From the NCBI GenBank assembly GCA_905178155.1, contig CAJINV010000009.1:248001-312000 (forward strand): 64,000 bases of DNA, in the 5' to 3' direction. Below, in pieces: positions 11,366 to 22,645 of the stretch. The DNA comes from Amoebophrya sp. A120. Lineage: Eukaryota; Protista; Dinoflagellata. Under the pieces are notes generated by a model. It did no database searches. It was not told where the DNA came from and saw only the letters and a list, made by a program, of their open reading frames with translations. A program made the translations under genes and the position numbers. How positions within the stretch are numbered: the stretch's first letter is position 1; each line of letters begins with the position of its first letter.

Positions 11366-14300
11366 ATGCCGCTGGCCGGGTCCTATTTTGATTTTGATCA
11401 CAATGTGATCCCCACCACAAGCCGGGCGAAGGAGCAGACAGCTTCATGCTGTGGCAGTGAAAGCGCAACTGCAACGAGCATACAAGAGGAAGGGGGGTGG
11501 TACAGTGTATTGTCTTCTCCTTTGCCGTCCTGTAGTACCACCAGCACCGTAGACGGAAGTAAGAAGTCCGATGGAGCTGCAAATGATGACACCACGACCG
11601 ACGAAGAAGTCTTGGAGGTCACCGTGACGCGGGAAGAGCTGGCTACGCTGCAATTGCGAATTGTGCACGAAGGTGTTGCCTTGGATCCCAAGCAGGAATG
11701 GGACGATGGTCAGGGAAAGGCGGGGTGCTTCGAGAACCGCTCTTGCGTAGTAGTTCTCCGCGGGTTTAATATTCGAAATAGCGATTTTCTGTTCGACCCT
11801 GCTGGTCCCGAAACACTCGACCCTCTCGAGCACGAAGATGAAAAATCACCTGACCCGCATCAACTACGACTGCGGAGGAAGAATCTGCTGCTCCGAGCCG
11901 TGTACGATACCGAGTTTCAAAACTCTCTTGTTGACAACCCGAGTGGACTCCGAGTTGGCGACGAAATTCTGGGTTACAGGCGACTGTCTGCGGCCGTGAC
12001 AGACGGCGAAAGTGAAAATGAGAAAATCGCAGGCACCAGCGGCGTGCAGAAGCCCAGCGTCGAATGGCACACTGTCGCCGCGGACTTTCGCAACTTAGAC
12101 TTTCTTGGTATGGGCCCCAGTTGTATGTTTCTGAAACAAAACACAAACAAGTCTGGTGAAAATAGACCACGTAGAAGTAGCGAACCTGAGCGAGAGGAAA
12201 GACCACTATTCTTATCGGATGGCCAGACTGGAAGCGATGAGGACGTGGAGTTTTCATGGTCCACATCGGCCACAAAGGCCTGCTTCCTGAACACGTATTT
12301 TGTCAAGCGGATGCTAAGCCTTTGTGATGATGAACGCGTAAGTGGAATAACGAATTTGCCGTCCTCCTCGTGCGGACGTGCTGTCGTATTGAAAGTACGT
12401 CGTGCAGCCGGTGGGTTTGCCTGCGTTTCTTCTGTGGCTGAACAGAACAAGAGGCGTGAGGCGGAGGAGAAACACGACGCGCGCTTTCTGCGAGGTTTAC
12501 GGGAGAAAGTGCTACCAGGAATGAACGAGCCGCTGAACCAAAGCAGTAGAGCTAGAGTCCCACAGTTTCAGCGGCGGGGTAATAAAACGCAACCTTGGCC
12601 GCGGCGGGGGAGGCAAGTTCATCAACATAAACGAAATTTGCAAAAAAGTGGAGTACTGATTGAGCCAGAAAGTAGTCGCGGCCCGCTGCCAGGACCACAA
12701 TCAGCACGAGGCATCCGATCATGTAGCTCGTCCTTCCTATCAAACGCAAAAGTTCTCAAAGATGTTGGCAACTTGATTGATTACGCCACTCAAAGAAGGT
12801 ACTTTTTCACGTTTTTCGGCAGTCGCAGTCACGGTGTACACTTTCGCGACTCTGACGTTGATGTGTGCCTCTACCTGCACGACATCAGATCAGATAAGCA
12901 GGCGCGGCACTACCTGCACACTCTCGGACTAGGCTTGACGTACCTGCAGGAAGCACATGTCGACTGGCTCATCGCTCGCATCCGGAAGCGGCGGGCGTTA
13001 GGCAGAGTGAGAAAGCAAAGGCTGAAGGGAAGAGACAAGCGGAAGCGAGGACACAAGGACACACCGCAAGAATTGCCGGAGCGTGTGGAAAGAAGCAGGG
13101 CTACTGGTGACGATGAGGAAAGCAAAGGCTTTAGTACTACCGGCAGAAAGGGGGAAAGTGAAGAAAATCTTAGCGCGCAGGCAGCAGAGTGGCGGTCCCG
13201 ATCACGGTTTTCACCCACTGAAGAGAATTCAAGAGATTTTCCCTCCACCGCTGCACTGCCAGACAGAACAAGTCTGAAGTATGCGAAAGACGTGCACTCC
13301 GTGGATCTTGAGCCTGTGGAAGCGAAAGGCACACTGGAATTTGTGTTCAAAGGCTTCCAGGTGGATCTAACGTACGCGCTGGACCCCGTAGTGCGGATGG
13401 GAATGCGGGAACAACCGCCTGCGACCTTGATAGAAAAGAGCACTGGAGGCGCAGCGATTGCCGGAGGAGGCCGTGTCGAGGTGAAAGTGGAAAAGAAACA
13501 CAAAAGGGAGACATCGGCCGGAGAAGTACAACCGTCAGCATCACGGTGGAACCAGAAAAGCCCTTGTTTCCGTTCCTGGTTACAAGGCGCTCATTTTCTA
13601 GACAGCTTGCTTCAAAATCCCGGCTTTGGTGCGCTTGTCGTTGCCGTCGAAGAGAAAAACGGGATGAGAGTAGGTGACCAAGAAAGTGCTATTGGTAAAA
13701 ATGATGACATCGTGCAAGAGCAATCGGAAGGGAAGTTCCCAGATCCAGTTTCATGCAAATCGACCCTACTGACACGAGCACGACAGGAGAACAAGCTCCG
13801 GATGGTTTTCCAAAAGATCCTGCACTTCGTCGCGGCCGATAACAAGTGTGTGGATGGGTCGCGGGCTTTTGGGAAAAGGTTTGACAGTGCACAGGCTGAC
13901 TTATTGGCGAACGCTCCCACAAGTACAACTCCCTCGTCCTCCTGCAACATCCGTTATGTTGCGACCGCGGTGCTGCACTGGGCGAAAATCATGAAGTTGA
14001 AAAAGGAGCACTCAAATACGGAGAAACGACTGAAGTCAATCCATCTAGTCGCACTCTTTCTTTGCTTCGTTCGCGGAGGACTTCTTGTTTCTCGACAGCA
14101 TTATATCACCTCCAAGCGGCAAGAACCGCAACGCTGGAACTCCTCGCTTCTCCTGGGCCGCTTTTTTCACTGGGTCGCCACTTTCCCTTTCGAGAGCTAC
14201 AGTCTACGGCCTTTGGCACAGGAAAACAGCAGAGTAGTTGTCAAGCGGCCACGTTGGGCAAGGTTTACGAGGACCGGTCCTTCGGCGAACGAAACTACAG

Positions 14301-16948
14301 AACTAGGCCAAAAGTCTCCAAGCATCAATTTATGGGGAGAGCAGCCGGCGATTCGTCGCTGTTTCGCGGCGGAATCACAATACGCCAATCTGTGGTCTTC
14401 ATCTCCACCTCCATCGTCGGTGTGTGGGAATAGCGAAGCTTCTCTTCCCGCCGTTTTGGGAAATTCCATTCTGAAAGAGGTTGCAAAAGAAGTAAAGACG
14501 CCAGGACCACCTGGCTCTACGCTTCCTTCGCTTTATTCAGTAATCTCTTCGAAGCCCGCGCAGGCGCACTACCACTACTTTGGATGGGAGTACAACCCAG
14601 AAGATCCAGATTTGTGTTTGCCGTTTCAGGAGCGAGAGAAAGTTTGGTCCGCTTCGCCTTCTTCCGCATCTACTATTTTCGGAAATCCGCAGATGATCAA
14701 GAAACCAACCACAACTGCTTACCCGATCCATCGACTGCTGGTGGCCCCGATAGAGGGAGATAGAAATGAGACAACTCCGGCGTCACTCCATCCAGAAATC
14801 AAGCGCAAAATCGTACTCCGGAGCCCGGCGTCGGGCGCTTACGTGACACCAGCCGAGGAGGAGCAGAGGTGGCAACCCCGCGACTTGATCCACATCAGAA
14901 GAAGTCCGCAACTTGCAACTACTCCCGAGGAACATGAAATATCGGCCGTAGCAGGAGAGATGAAGACCTCCGAGCCTGAGCCGGATCAACACGAAGACTG
15001 GCGGTACCGGCAAAACATCTGGCAGTACTTCGACAGCGTTTTGGAGGAGGAGTACAAGGAAACGAGCCGTGCCGAATTTGAGGACAAACAGATGGAGCAG
15101 TACGGACAGAAAAAACCCGATCTAACTTTTCATTTGCGCAAAACCAAAATGTGTGGGCGGAACTGCGACAGCGATAATTCCGATAGTGATCATGCGGACC
15201 ACGAACAATCTCCCACGAGCGACTATTTAGTACCGCAAGGTCGTGACGAAGATTCTTCTACTTTTGATTCCGAAGAAGATGCCGCCAGGAGTATTTGGTC
15301 TTCCGAAGATGCTGAGGAATACGAATACTCACACGACGTCAAGAATACCAACGTAAATCCAAACTGCTATGTGTGTCGAACTTTGCGTTGGTCCGACCTG
15401 CCGATCGCCATTGGCTTGCCACAAGGTCGTGCTAGCTCGCGGCGTGAACACCTAGGCGGAATGTTTGGTGCGGAATTATCTCAAGCGTCGGAACTACGTG
15501 ACTCACAGTCACAACAGCCGCAAAGTTGCGCTACGGTCGTTGACCGGTACGAAAATGCTTCGGCTTTGGAGACCGAAGCGTTGATCTTCCAGGACCAGGG
15601 AGTGTCGAATTGTGCGTGCTATCAGTCCCTGAACGAAGTGGAAACGTGGATACTGGATGAAAAGTTCCTGAAAGATTTAAGGAGAAAGGCCTACGCGACT
15701 TTTCTGCTGTGGGACGAGGGACAGAAGGAGAAGTGTCGGATGCGCAGCACGACGAGGGATGTCTGCCCTGTGAAAAATGGCGGAGGAAGAGGTTCTTTGC
15801 TAAAGCACAACAGTACAACTGAGGTACCAGCTATGAATCATGGGTCACTCGCGGCCTTGTTTGAGAAACTAGAAAACTGGGAAAAATCGCCGGTCCCTGG
15901 GTTTTCTTGCGGTCTAAGTGCCGGAAGACGAAGAACCATGCTTGACTCCACCCGAATGTTTAACCGGATAAAAAAAGAGGACGAGAACGGGCAGCCGCTG
16001 TGGAACACAATGTACAGCCAAGACAAGGAGCAATTGCTCAGCGTTCACCACACGTTCATCAAGCACGGGTTTGGCAACGAGGATGGCAAGCCCGGCGACG
16101 CTCAGCCTACAGCTGTGGACGATCTCCGAAGAGGAGAACAGCAAGGGAAGAACAAACGCTCGTCGAACGAGAAAAGCAAAACTCAAGCACGACGACACCG
16201 CCACCGACGACGGAAGCATTGTGTGATGCGGAAGTTGAAGTTTCGTTGTGGAAAGAGGTTGGCAAGAAGAATACGGAGAAAGAAGAAGCGCGATGAGGAA
16301 GAAAGGCCATTTCCGTACTGTGATCAGCTGCTGCGATTGTCTTTGGATGTCGTAGACGATTTTTACGAAACGTATTTCGATCATGATGTGACAAATAGAA
16401 ACAAAAAGCGAAGTAAGGCGAGGAGCAAGACGATTTCATCGATGAACCACCCGATGACAAGTAAAGCAGTTGGAGGAAGTAACAGTGGAACAACTGAAAC
16501 TCCTTTGTCGCGAACAAGCAGCTCAACTTCGACGGCATTGCGAGGCAGCACAAGGAACAGACCAAGTAACTGGATCAAAATCAAAAGATTTCTCCGCCTG
16601 GCGCAGCTGGATCTGCTGCGAGAGTTGGCCGGGGACAATGACGAGAAGCCAGCAAGTCCACGTGGCTCGTCTTCTTCAACAAACGTGAACGAATTCTGCG
16701 ACGACATGACGTATCAAAAGATGAAAGAAGTAGATAGCGCAGCATTCAAAAAAGAGGTCGTGAGGGCGAAGCCGATGAAGGCGAAAACAATACGACAGAA
16801 AGTTGAGGAGCGGATGAATCTCGGCCGTGCACTCCGCCACAGCAGCGCCACCGCTCAGGAAGAGCATGGAATTTGTCAGTCTAGCGCGCTCTTGAAATTT
16901 GCCAAGCGTGGCAAGGAACCCGACCCAGAGCCGAGTCGGGAGAAGTGA
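11366..16948 (+). CDS. Intronless 1860-aa Pol-beta-superfamily nucleotidyltransferase (non-canonical poly(A) polymerase/TUTase-like) with long low-complexity insertions
   Basis: FFGSRSHGVHFRDSDVDVCL (hGS...DhDh), third catalytic Asp in FQVDLTY, helical-domain segments VLHWAK, LKSIHLVALFLCFV and LLGRFFHWVATFPF. Confidence 0.75.
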   Translation: MPLAGSYFDFDHNVIPTTSRAKEQTASCCGSESATATSIQEEGGWYSVLSSPLPSCSTTSTVDGSKKSDGAANDDTTTDEEVLEVTVTREELATLQLRIVHEGVALDPKQEWDDGQGKAGCFENRSCVVVLRGFNIRNSDFLFDPAGPETLDPLEHEDEKSPDPHQLRLRRKNLLLRAVYDTEFQNSLVDNPSGLRVGDEILGYRRLSAAVTDGESENEKIAGTSGVQKPSVEWHTVAADFRNLDFLGMGPSCMFLKQNTNKSGENRPRRSSEPEREERPLFLSDGQTGSDEDVEFSWSTSATKACFLNTYFVKRMLSLCDDERVSGITNLPSSSCGRAVVLKVRRAAGGFACVSSVAEQNKRREAEEKHDARFLRGLREKVLPGMNEPLNQSSRARVPQFQRRGNKTQPWPRRGRQVHQHKRNLQKSGVLIEPESSRGPLPGPQSARGIRSCSSSFLSNAKVLKDVGNLIDYATQRRYFFTFFGSRSHGVHFRDSDVDVCLYLHDIRSDKQARHYLHTLGLGLTYLQEAHVDWLIARIRKRRALGRVRKQRLKGRDKRKRGHKDTPQELPERVERSRATGDDEESKGFSTTGRKGESEENLSAQAAEWRSRSRFSPTEENSRDFPSTAALPDRTSLKYAKDVHSVDLEPVEAKGTLEFVFKGFQVDLTYALDPVVRMGMREQPPATLIEKSTGGAAIAGGGRVEVKVEKKHKRETSAGEVQPSASRWNQKSPCFRSWLQGAHFLDSLLQNPGFGALVVAVEEKNGMRVGDQESAIGKNDDIVQEQSEGKFPDPVSCKSTLLTRARQENKLRMVFQKILHFVAADNKCVDGSRAFGKRFDSAQADLLANAPTSTTPSSSCNIRYVATAVLHWAKIMKLKKEHSNTEKRLKSIHLVALFLCFVRGGLLVSRQHYITSKRQEPQRWNSSLLLGRFFHWVATFPFESYSLRPLAQENSRVVVKRPRWARFTRTGPSANETTELGQKSPSINLWGEQPAIRRCFAAESQYANLWSSSPPPSSVCGNSEASLPAVLGNSILKEVAKEVKTPGPPGSTLPSLYSVISSKPAQAHYHYFGWEYNPEDPDLCLPFQEREKVWSASPSSASTIFGNPQMIKKPTTTAYPIHRLLVAPIEGDRNETTPASLHPEIKRKIVLRSPASGAYVTPAEEEQRWQPRDLIHIRRSPQLATTPEEHEISAVAGEMKTSEPEPDQHEDWRYRQNIWQYFDSVLEEEYKETSRAEFEDKQMEQYGQKKPDLTFHLRKTKMCGRNCDSDNSDSDHADHEQSPTSDYLVPQGRDEDSSTFDSEEDAARSIWSSEDAEEYEYSHDVKNTNVNPNCYVCRTLRWSDLPIAIGLPQGRASSRREHLGGMFGAELSQASELRDSQSQQPQSCATVVDRYENASALETEALIFQDQGVSNCACYQSLNEVETWILDEKFLKDLRRKAYATFLLWDEGQKEKCRMRSTTRDVCPVKNGGGRGSLLKHNSTTEVPAMNHGSLAALFEKLENWEKSPVPGFSCGLSAGRRRTMLDSTRMFNRIKKEDENGQPLWNTMYSQDKEQLLSVHHTFIKHGFGNEDGKPGDAQPTAVDDLRRGEQQGKNKRSSNEKSKTQARRHRHRRRKHCVMRKLKFRCGKRLARRIRRKKKRDEEERPFPYCDQLLRLSLDVVDDFYETYFDHDVTNRNKKRSKARSKTISSMNHPMTSKAVGGSNSGTTETPLSRTSSSTSTALRGSTRNRPSNWIKIKRFLRLAQLDLLRELAGDNDEKPASPRGSSSSTNVNEFCDDMTYQKMKEVDSAAFKKEVVRAKPMKAKTIRQKVEERMNLGRALRHSSATAQEEHGICQSSALLKFAKRGKEPDPEPSREK

Positions 16949-18156
16949 AGCAGGGTAACTGCTTTCATCAAATAATATACATAGAAGTCAGTGATGTGCC
17001 TAACGATCCCCATGATAATGATCGCGATGTTTTTTAACGTCAGCGTAGATATTGATGTGTGAACCTTCGTGATCGCGAATGCGGAAAATATGCCCAGATA
17101 GGAATGATCCTCAATCTTGGATACTTTTTTACGAAACTTTGACGCAATGTTTTTACAGATGGAATTTCTCTCTCACAAGAAAAAAGATTTTGTTTTTGAA
17201 CTGTACCGATGTAGTAACTCGGACGAGACCTCCATGTCTCTTGTTAAACCGCTGATGACCAAGACAAACCGGAGGTACTCGGACTTTGTGTCATCGAGTT
17301 TGATATCCAGCATAGTGATGCATCGTGCTGGCCGCTAATCGGCCGCGATTCTATCGCAGAAGCATCGTCTTCGTCGAAAATTATGAGAGGACTAGATTGA
17401 TAAAGCGCTGACAGTTTTAGTTTCATCATCGGAATCGGAAATCATTGTCATTCTTGAATCGTGTCCAGCGATTAGAAGTTCTTGTGCTTGGTGGAGTTTT
17501 TCGAGCATTCTACACTTTCGCACAGCAGAGTTGTACGTAGACTTCGAGTAAAATGAAATAAGTTCCACACTTCACTTGTCGTCTTCGACATACGTGATGG
17601 TTTCGAAACAAGTGAGTCTCTGCTAGTAGGAGTCTTTTATCACCTAGAAATAAACACACACGGTCATTCGAAACCGGAAGAAAACTAGCTATAATAAATG
17701 AGGCCCCGATTTTCCTCCTACCTTGCAGCGACACCGAGGGCCGTGAGACGACCAAGGCAGTAGAAAATCATGCTAGCGAGAGTAGACGATGAGCATGGGG
17801 AGGAAGAGAAAAGTCGCCGAAACTTGTTTGGTAGACACGCTAGCCGTGCATCTCCGCCGATAGCAGCTCATGATTGCAGAACCGTGAAGCCCCCAACGCA
17901 CGCCGCGGGAGTGGTTTCCTGTTCTTCTGAAGAAAGCCGATAAAGAGTGCCAGCACGTCGATCTATTTTTGCAAGCTGAAGCAGGAGCGCTAAGCCAACG
18001 AGACGACACGACTACACAGCAGTCCTGCTACAGACGACCCCACGGCCACGTTTTCAACCACCGACCGACCGGGAGCAATACTACAACGGCGACATAGTTT
18101 ACTTCGTGAGCATTTCCCTACGACCTCCCACGACGACAATCGCCGAAATACTTAAA

Positions 18157-19386
18157 ATGATGGGTGGCAGCGGCGGCGGCAGAGCAGCCTCAGCTGGTGC
18201 TGCGAGTAGTTCTTCCTCAAAATCTTCCTTTTGGACGGGCCGCTGGTCCAACATAAACCCCTCGCACCTCACCCCGGAGTCCTACAAACGCGACGACTGG
18301 GGCTGGCTGTACTACACGCCAATTCTGTTCCTGCAACTGATCTTTTTTTTCGCCATTTTCCGGTCCCGAACAATAAGGTTTCAGCAGTTGCTGCTCTGCC
18401 TGTGCGGCTTTTATTGGTGCGTGATAGTCTACTATGTGCAGTACTTCTCACCGACAAGCGGAAAGGTGCTGTTTTGCGACGTCACGTGGACCAGCTGCAG
18501 CTACTGCCTCCACCAGAGAATCAGCTACCTGCCCGAGTAATTTTCCACTTTTTCGATGTTTCGTATATATGTTTGCGATCATGCTCGTGATACAAATGCA
18601 TCTGCATAGTTGTACACCATTACAAAACAACACTATATTTCTTGATGTGGTCGTCGTATCACGTTGCAGTCGCGGCGATTGGATTAGGACCATTGGTTCC
18701 TCGCTCCTTCTTCTAGAATTGCTGTTGCAGCATGCGTATAAATTTGGCTAGATTCGATTCGTATTCCACAACAGGTTTTTTGGGCTTCTGGACCAGCGAC
18801 AATCTAGCCTGAACCGTTCCATCGCCGACACGAATCTGCTGTATTTCCTAGCGCATGTGTTGTACCCCATTCTCCAGAAACTTCCCCTCATTGGTTACTA
18901 CATGACGCACCTCGGGTTCTTCGTCAGCCTGGCCATCGCGGTGGGGTGTGGATATTTGACGCTGATGACCTACTATCAAATGTAAAAATGTCTGGGTCTG
19001 GAAGAATGCAATTTGTCATGCTAAATCTGAAGCATGCAAAAATCTGTGTTGCATGATTACCAAAAGTCGTCCAGTTTTGACCAAGTCGGGAAGCAGTTTC
19101 TCATGCAGGATAGGCATGGGAAAGATCGCACAGAATCTGTCATGCTATGTCCTGCATTCCAGACCTCATGGGTCATGAAATTCTGCATGACAAATCGCGC
19201 ATTCTTCCAGACTCAGACATTTTTACATTTGATACCTACCGCGAAGTGCACGACGTTTGCGTAATCAATTTGATTCTGTGCGTCATCAACTTTGGGCTGT
19301 GCCGGTCCATGTGGCTGCACTTCTACAGGTTGATTATCGACAGAAATAAGAACAAGGTGGTTTCCATGGTCAACAAAACAGAATGA
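18157..19386 (+). CDS. Multi-pass membrane protein of unknown function (~241 aa); exons 18157-18536, 18775-18973, 19240-19386
   Basis: GT-AG intron 18537-18774 plus family-A introner; the joined frame is open (726 nt) with several hydrophobic segments. Confidence 0.75.
18974..19234. mobile_element. Introner/non-canonical intron, family A (261 bp), TSD CCTAC
   Basis: TIR TATCAAATGTAAAAATGTCTGGGTCTGGAAGAATGC / GCATTCTTCCAGACTCAGACATTTTTACATTTGATA. CCTAC at 18969-18973 and 19235-19239. Removal gives LTLMTY|REVHDV in frame. Confidence 0.95.
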
Positions 19387-19916
19387 TAGAAGCATCTGTC
19401 GCGGTTTTGGTTTATTTCACCAGCTCCCGCTGCACATTTTTTCGCAATATGTGAGCTGTATCTATTCAACGCGAATAGAAGCGCACTCGGCTGGGCTTGT
19501 TCTTGTTCGAATGATATCCAATCCTAAAGCGCTGCTGCTGCTCTTTTCGTTTTGCGCCAGGTAGGAAGCCGGGTGGTGCGGCTTCATTCTGGAAAATAAA
19601 TACATAGAATTACGCTCCTGCTCCTCGTTGTAAGTCGTTTGACATTTTTGACAACTGGGAAGAAAAGTGTGGCTGAGACGCGTTTGCACGAGCGGGAGTG
19701 ATTTGGTAGCAGTGACCAGCGCAGTGTGCGAAAGCAAAAAGTGCGCGTGGTTGATGTGAGAAATGTGGGTCGCTAAGGTTCGTCTCATGGATGTCGTCCC
19801 TTGTGCAAGACTTGAGCGAAATACAAGTACCGAGCGCTTCTATACTAAGTACAGGAGAAGCGCACGGCACTTGCTAAGCAGGTCAACACAGTATTTCATT
19901 CGTTTTTTTTCGAAAA

Positions 19917-22076
19917 ATGCCATCGCTCGACGATCCTGAGCCGGGAAGTCTGGAACCGGGCGTTCCGGACGACACCGGGGCTGCGCTCATGGATAGTGGT
20001 GCCAACGAAGAAGAAGTTCCAGAGGGAGGAGGTGAAAGCGAACAGCTTGTCGCAACAGATCAATCCGGCGGTATCCAGCCTGCTTTCCCCGCAGCGGCAA
20101 CCAAGCAAAGCCTTCACGGCGTGCCGCGGGAGCAGCACCTGGAAGTTGCGAACAAGGTCCTCAACCCTCTGGACCCTTCCATCGAAGACCGGCACCAGAA
20201 CCTGAAGCGCAAAATCAGCGACCTGATCTCTTTTCGTGAGGAACGGGCGAAATCCGCCTACAGCTACGAGCAGTTCCGCGCGAGCATGGAGGAGCACAAG
20301 AATAGCGTCGACATTACGCAGTTGCGCAGGGAGATGGAAGGGATCAAAAACGGCTACCACCCGCCGACCTTAGACGAAGACGGGCGGATCTCCCCGAGTA
20401 AGGCCGACCACGAGCACTTGGAGGCGAAAATGCAGCAGAAGTTCGAGTATCTGCGGCAGAAGATGAACACGAATTCGAACGTGCAGTTTCAGCAGTTGGA
20501 GGATCTGAAGGGGAAGTTGGACGACACCTTTTCCGAGTCGCGGCTCTCCCGGCTTATCGAGCAACTGATCGACATGCACCTGCACAAGGCCTTCTGTCTC
20601 CTCTTCGAAGAGTTCCAACAGTCGGTGCAGATGCGGGGTCGTTCCACCTTCACGGGTTCTGGTTCATCTTCACTCGACGGAAATTATAATCGGCCTTCGG
20701 GAATTATGAAAAGAATGACGAAACATGATGAACTGGTGAAGAAGAACTACAATCTTCCCGACGGGCTCCCCGGTTGGTTCTTCCAGCGAAAATATAGAAA
20801 TGCGCAGAAAAGAGCTGAGGAACCTGCGGTTGGCAAGAAATTTTCAGACGGCCTGCCGGGGTGGTTTTTCCAGCGAAGGTACAGGAATGCGAAAAATGCA
20901 GAAGATCCTGATCAGCAGGAAGCAGGTCGTGCTGCCGGCATAATGATAAACGAAGATGACTCGGTGTCCAAGTTGGAAGCCACCGAAGGAGCAGATGACC
21001 AGCACGCATACGACCCGGAGGGAACCGTCATCGAGCTTGAGGGGACGGTCCTGCCGAACGAGCATGTGAATAATGCTGCTAGTAAATACACGACCATGGA
21101 GAATTACCACACGCCAAGTCAACAAGAACCAGGAGCGAATATTAAGACGTCAACACCAGCACCCCCGCCGGCGACGAAGCACGAATGGAAGCAGGGTTTG
21201 CAAGCGATGATTCGGTCGAGCGTGGAAAATTACTTGGCGAACAGTCAGGAAGCGGGGGTGATGATGAAGGAAGAAATTGCCCGGATCGTCACGGACGCGG
21301 TGGAAGCCAGGTTGGACGAGCTTCTGAACGCCGGCGGTGGCGGGGACCAGTCCAGGAAAAACTCTTCCAGGGTAGCGAATGTCGCAGGAGGTGAAGACGC
21401 ACTCGCGAATAGCGACGCTGATGGTGATGGAGGAACACAGGAAGAGCCAAACACCGGCGACGGCGAAGTAGAAAACGGCAACGGGGCGGAAGATGCTGGT
21501 GACCGAGAAAATCAAGCCGAAAATAAGAACAGTACTATCGGTGGGGAAACCTCGAAACCGCAAACTGTCGCAGAGCGATTGAGCTACCCGACGAACGAGC
21601 TGCAAAACCTGCAGACGCAGATGAAGACGCAATACGACGACGGAACGATGGTGGCGACCATGGAAGACATAGACGTCACGCTGACCAGAAAGGTCATGGT
21701 CCTTGGCGAGGAAGTTGTCAAGTTGCAGCAGCACCAACTGTCCCAGCAGAAGATTCTAGTCGCGCAGGAAAAAACGATTCTGAAACTGCTCGAACTGTTG
21801 GAGGAAAGAGAAATAAATGGAGGTGACGCAGCCGCAAGTAGTGCGAGTGCCTCTACCGATTTATTGAAGAAGTTCGACTACAAGGCGGTGCTGAAGTCCG
21901 TCGCGAAGCTGGAGGAGGACAAAGAAGGACAGTTCAATATACTGGCGGTGAAGCAAGAACAAATGGACGACCGATTGACGCATCTGGAAGAGGAGCTGCT
22001 CGCTGGAGGTGCTGTGGTCAGCTCGGGGCCTGCTGGTGGGGGCCAAGACGCGGACGGCGCCGCTGCCGAAAAATGA
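19917..22076 (+). CDS. Hypothetical coiled-coil protein (719 aa) with a duplicated DGLPGWFFQRxYRNA motif
   Basis: Long ORF with strong coding bias and heptad-rich E/K/Q/L segments; internal duplication near 20760 and 20850. Confidence 0.8.
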   Translation: MPSLDDPEPGSLEPGVPDDTGAALMDSGANEEEVPEGGGESEQLVATDQSGGIQPAFPAAATKQSLHGVPREQHLEVANKVLNPLDPSIEDRHQNLKRKISDLISFREERAKSAYSYEQFRASMEEHKNSVDITQLRREMEGIKNGYHPPTLDEDGRISPSKADHEHLEAKMQQKFEYLRQKMNTNSNVQFQQLEDLKGKLDDTFSESRLSRLIEQLIDMHLHKAFCLLFEEFQQSVQMRGRSTFTGSGSSSLDGNYNRPSGIMKRMTKHDELVKKNYNLPDGLPGWFFQRKYRNAQKRAEEPAVGKKFSDGLPGWFFQRRYRNAKNAEDPDQQEAGRAAGIMINEDDSVSKLEATEGADDQHAYDPEGTVIELEGTVLPNEHVNNAASKYTTMENYHTPSQQEPGANIKTSTPAPPPATKHEWKQGLQAMIRSSVENYLANSQEAGVMMKEEIARIVTDAVEARLDELLNAGGGGDQSRKNSSRVANVAGGEDALANSDADGDGGTQEEPNTGDGEVENGNGAEDAGDRENQAENKNSTIGGETSKPQTVAERLSYPTNELQNLQTQMKTQYDDGTMVATMEDIDVTLTRKVMVLGEEVVKLQQHQLSQQKILVAQEKTILKLLELLEEREINGGDAAASSASASTDLLKKFDYKAVLKSVAKLEEDKEGQFNILAVKQEQMDDRLTHLEEELLAGGAVVSSGPAGGGQDADGAAAEK

Positions 22077-22645
22077 TCATGGACAAATAGCCTCTTTAGG
22101 CTGAGGAACTGTTTCCGAATTGTTCGTAGCAATCTCCTCCGCGCCTTGTGGTAAAATAGCTTTAGCTCCTCTTCCTTCTATGAGTCAGCTTGCAACATGA
22201 ACACGAAAGAAATAAAGCTTAAACTCTTTCATTTGCAAGCGTCATGTTGTTCATTTTCTCGTACTTCAGCAGCTGTGTCGTTCGCAATCGCACTCGCGCG
22301 TTCTGAGCCAAAGCTTGGTGGTTGCCAGGTATTGTGTGACCATCTTTGTGCTGATGCTAAAAGCAAAAAGAGATGTTGATGTGCCACCAGGCGTAAAGAC
22401 ACGACAGAGAGACGAGAGATGGTGAGTTGTCGATATCGCAGCGTGGTTGTCGAAGTTCTAGGACATAATTTTTGCAAATCTCGGAGTTGTGAGTCTCAAT
22501 GGCGAATGATAAGTGATGGCCTGCTCTACATAGTAGAAGAAGTATTAAGAGTTACAACAGTTACCTTGTGTGACTGTATTCATTGAAGCGCCACCCCTTT
22601 GGCAGAGTGGGTGTACGTAGTTGTCATCTGGCATCACACGAGGAC

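Noticed and set aside
18157-19386. TspO/MBR family assignment for the membrane protein
   Set aside because: Only vague resemblance; the diagnostic Trp/Pro motifs are not seen.
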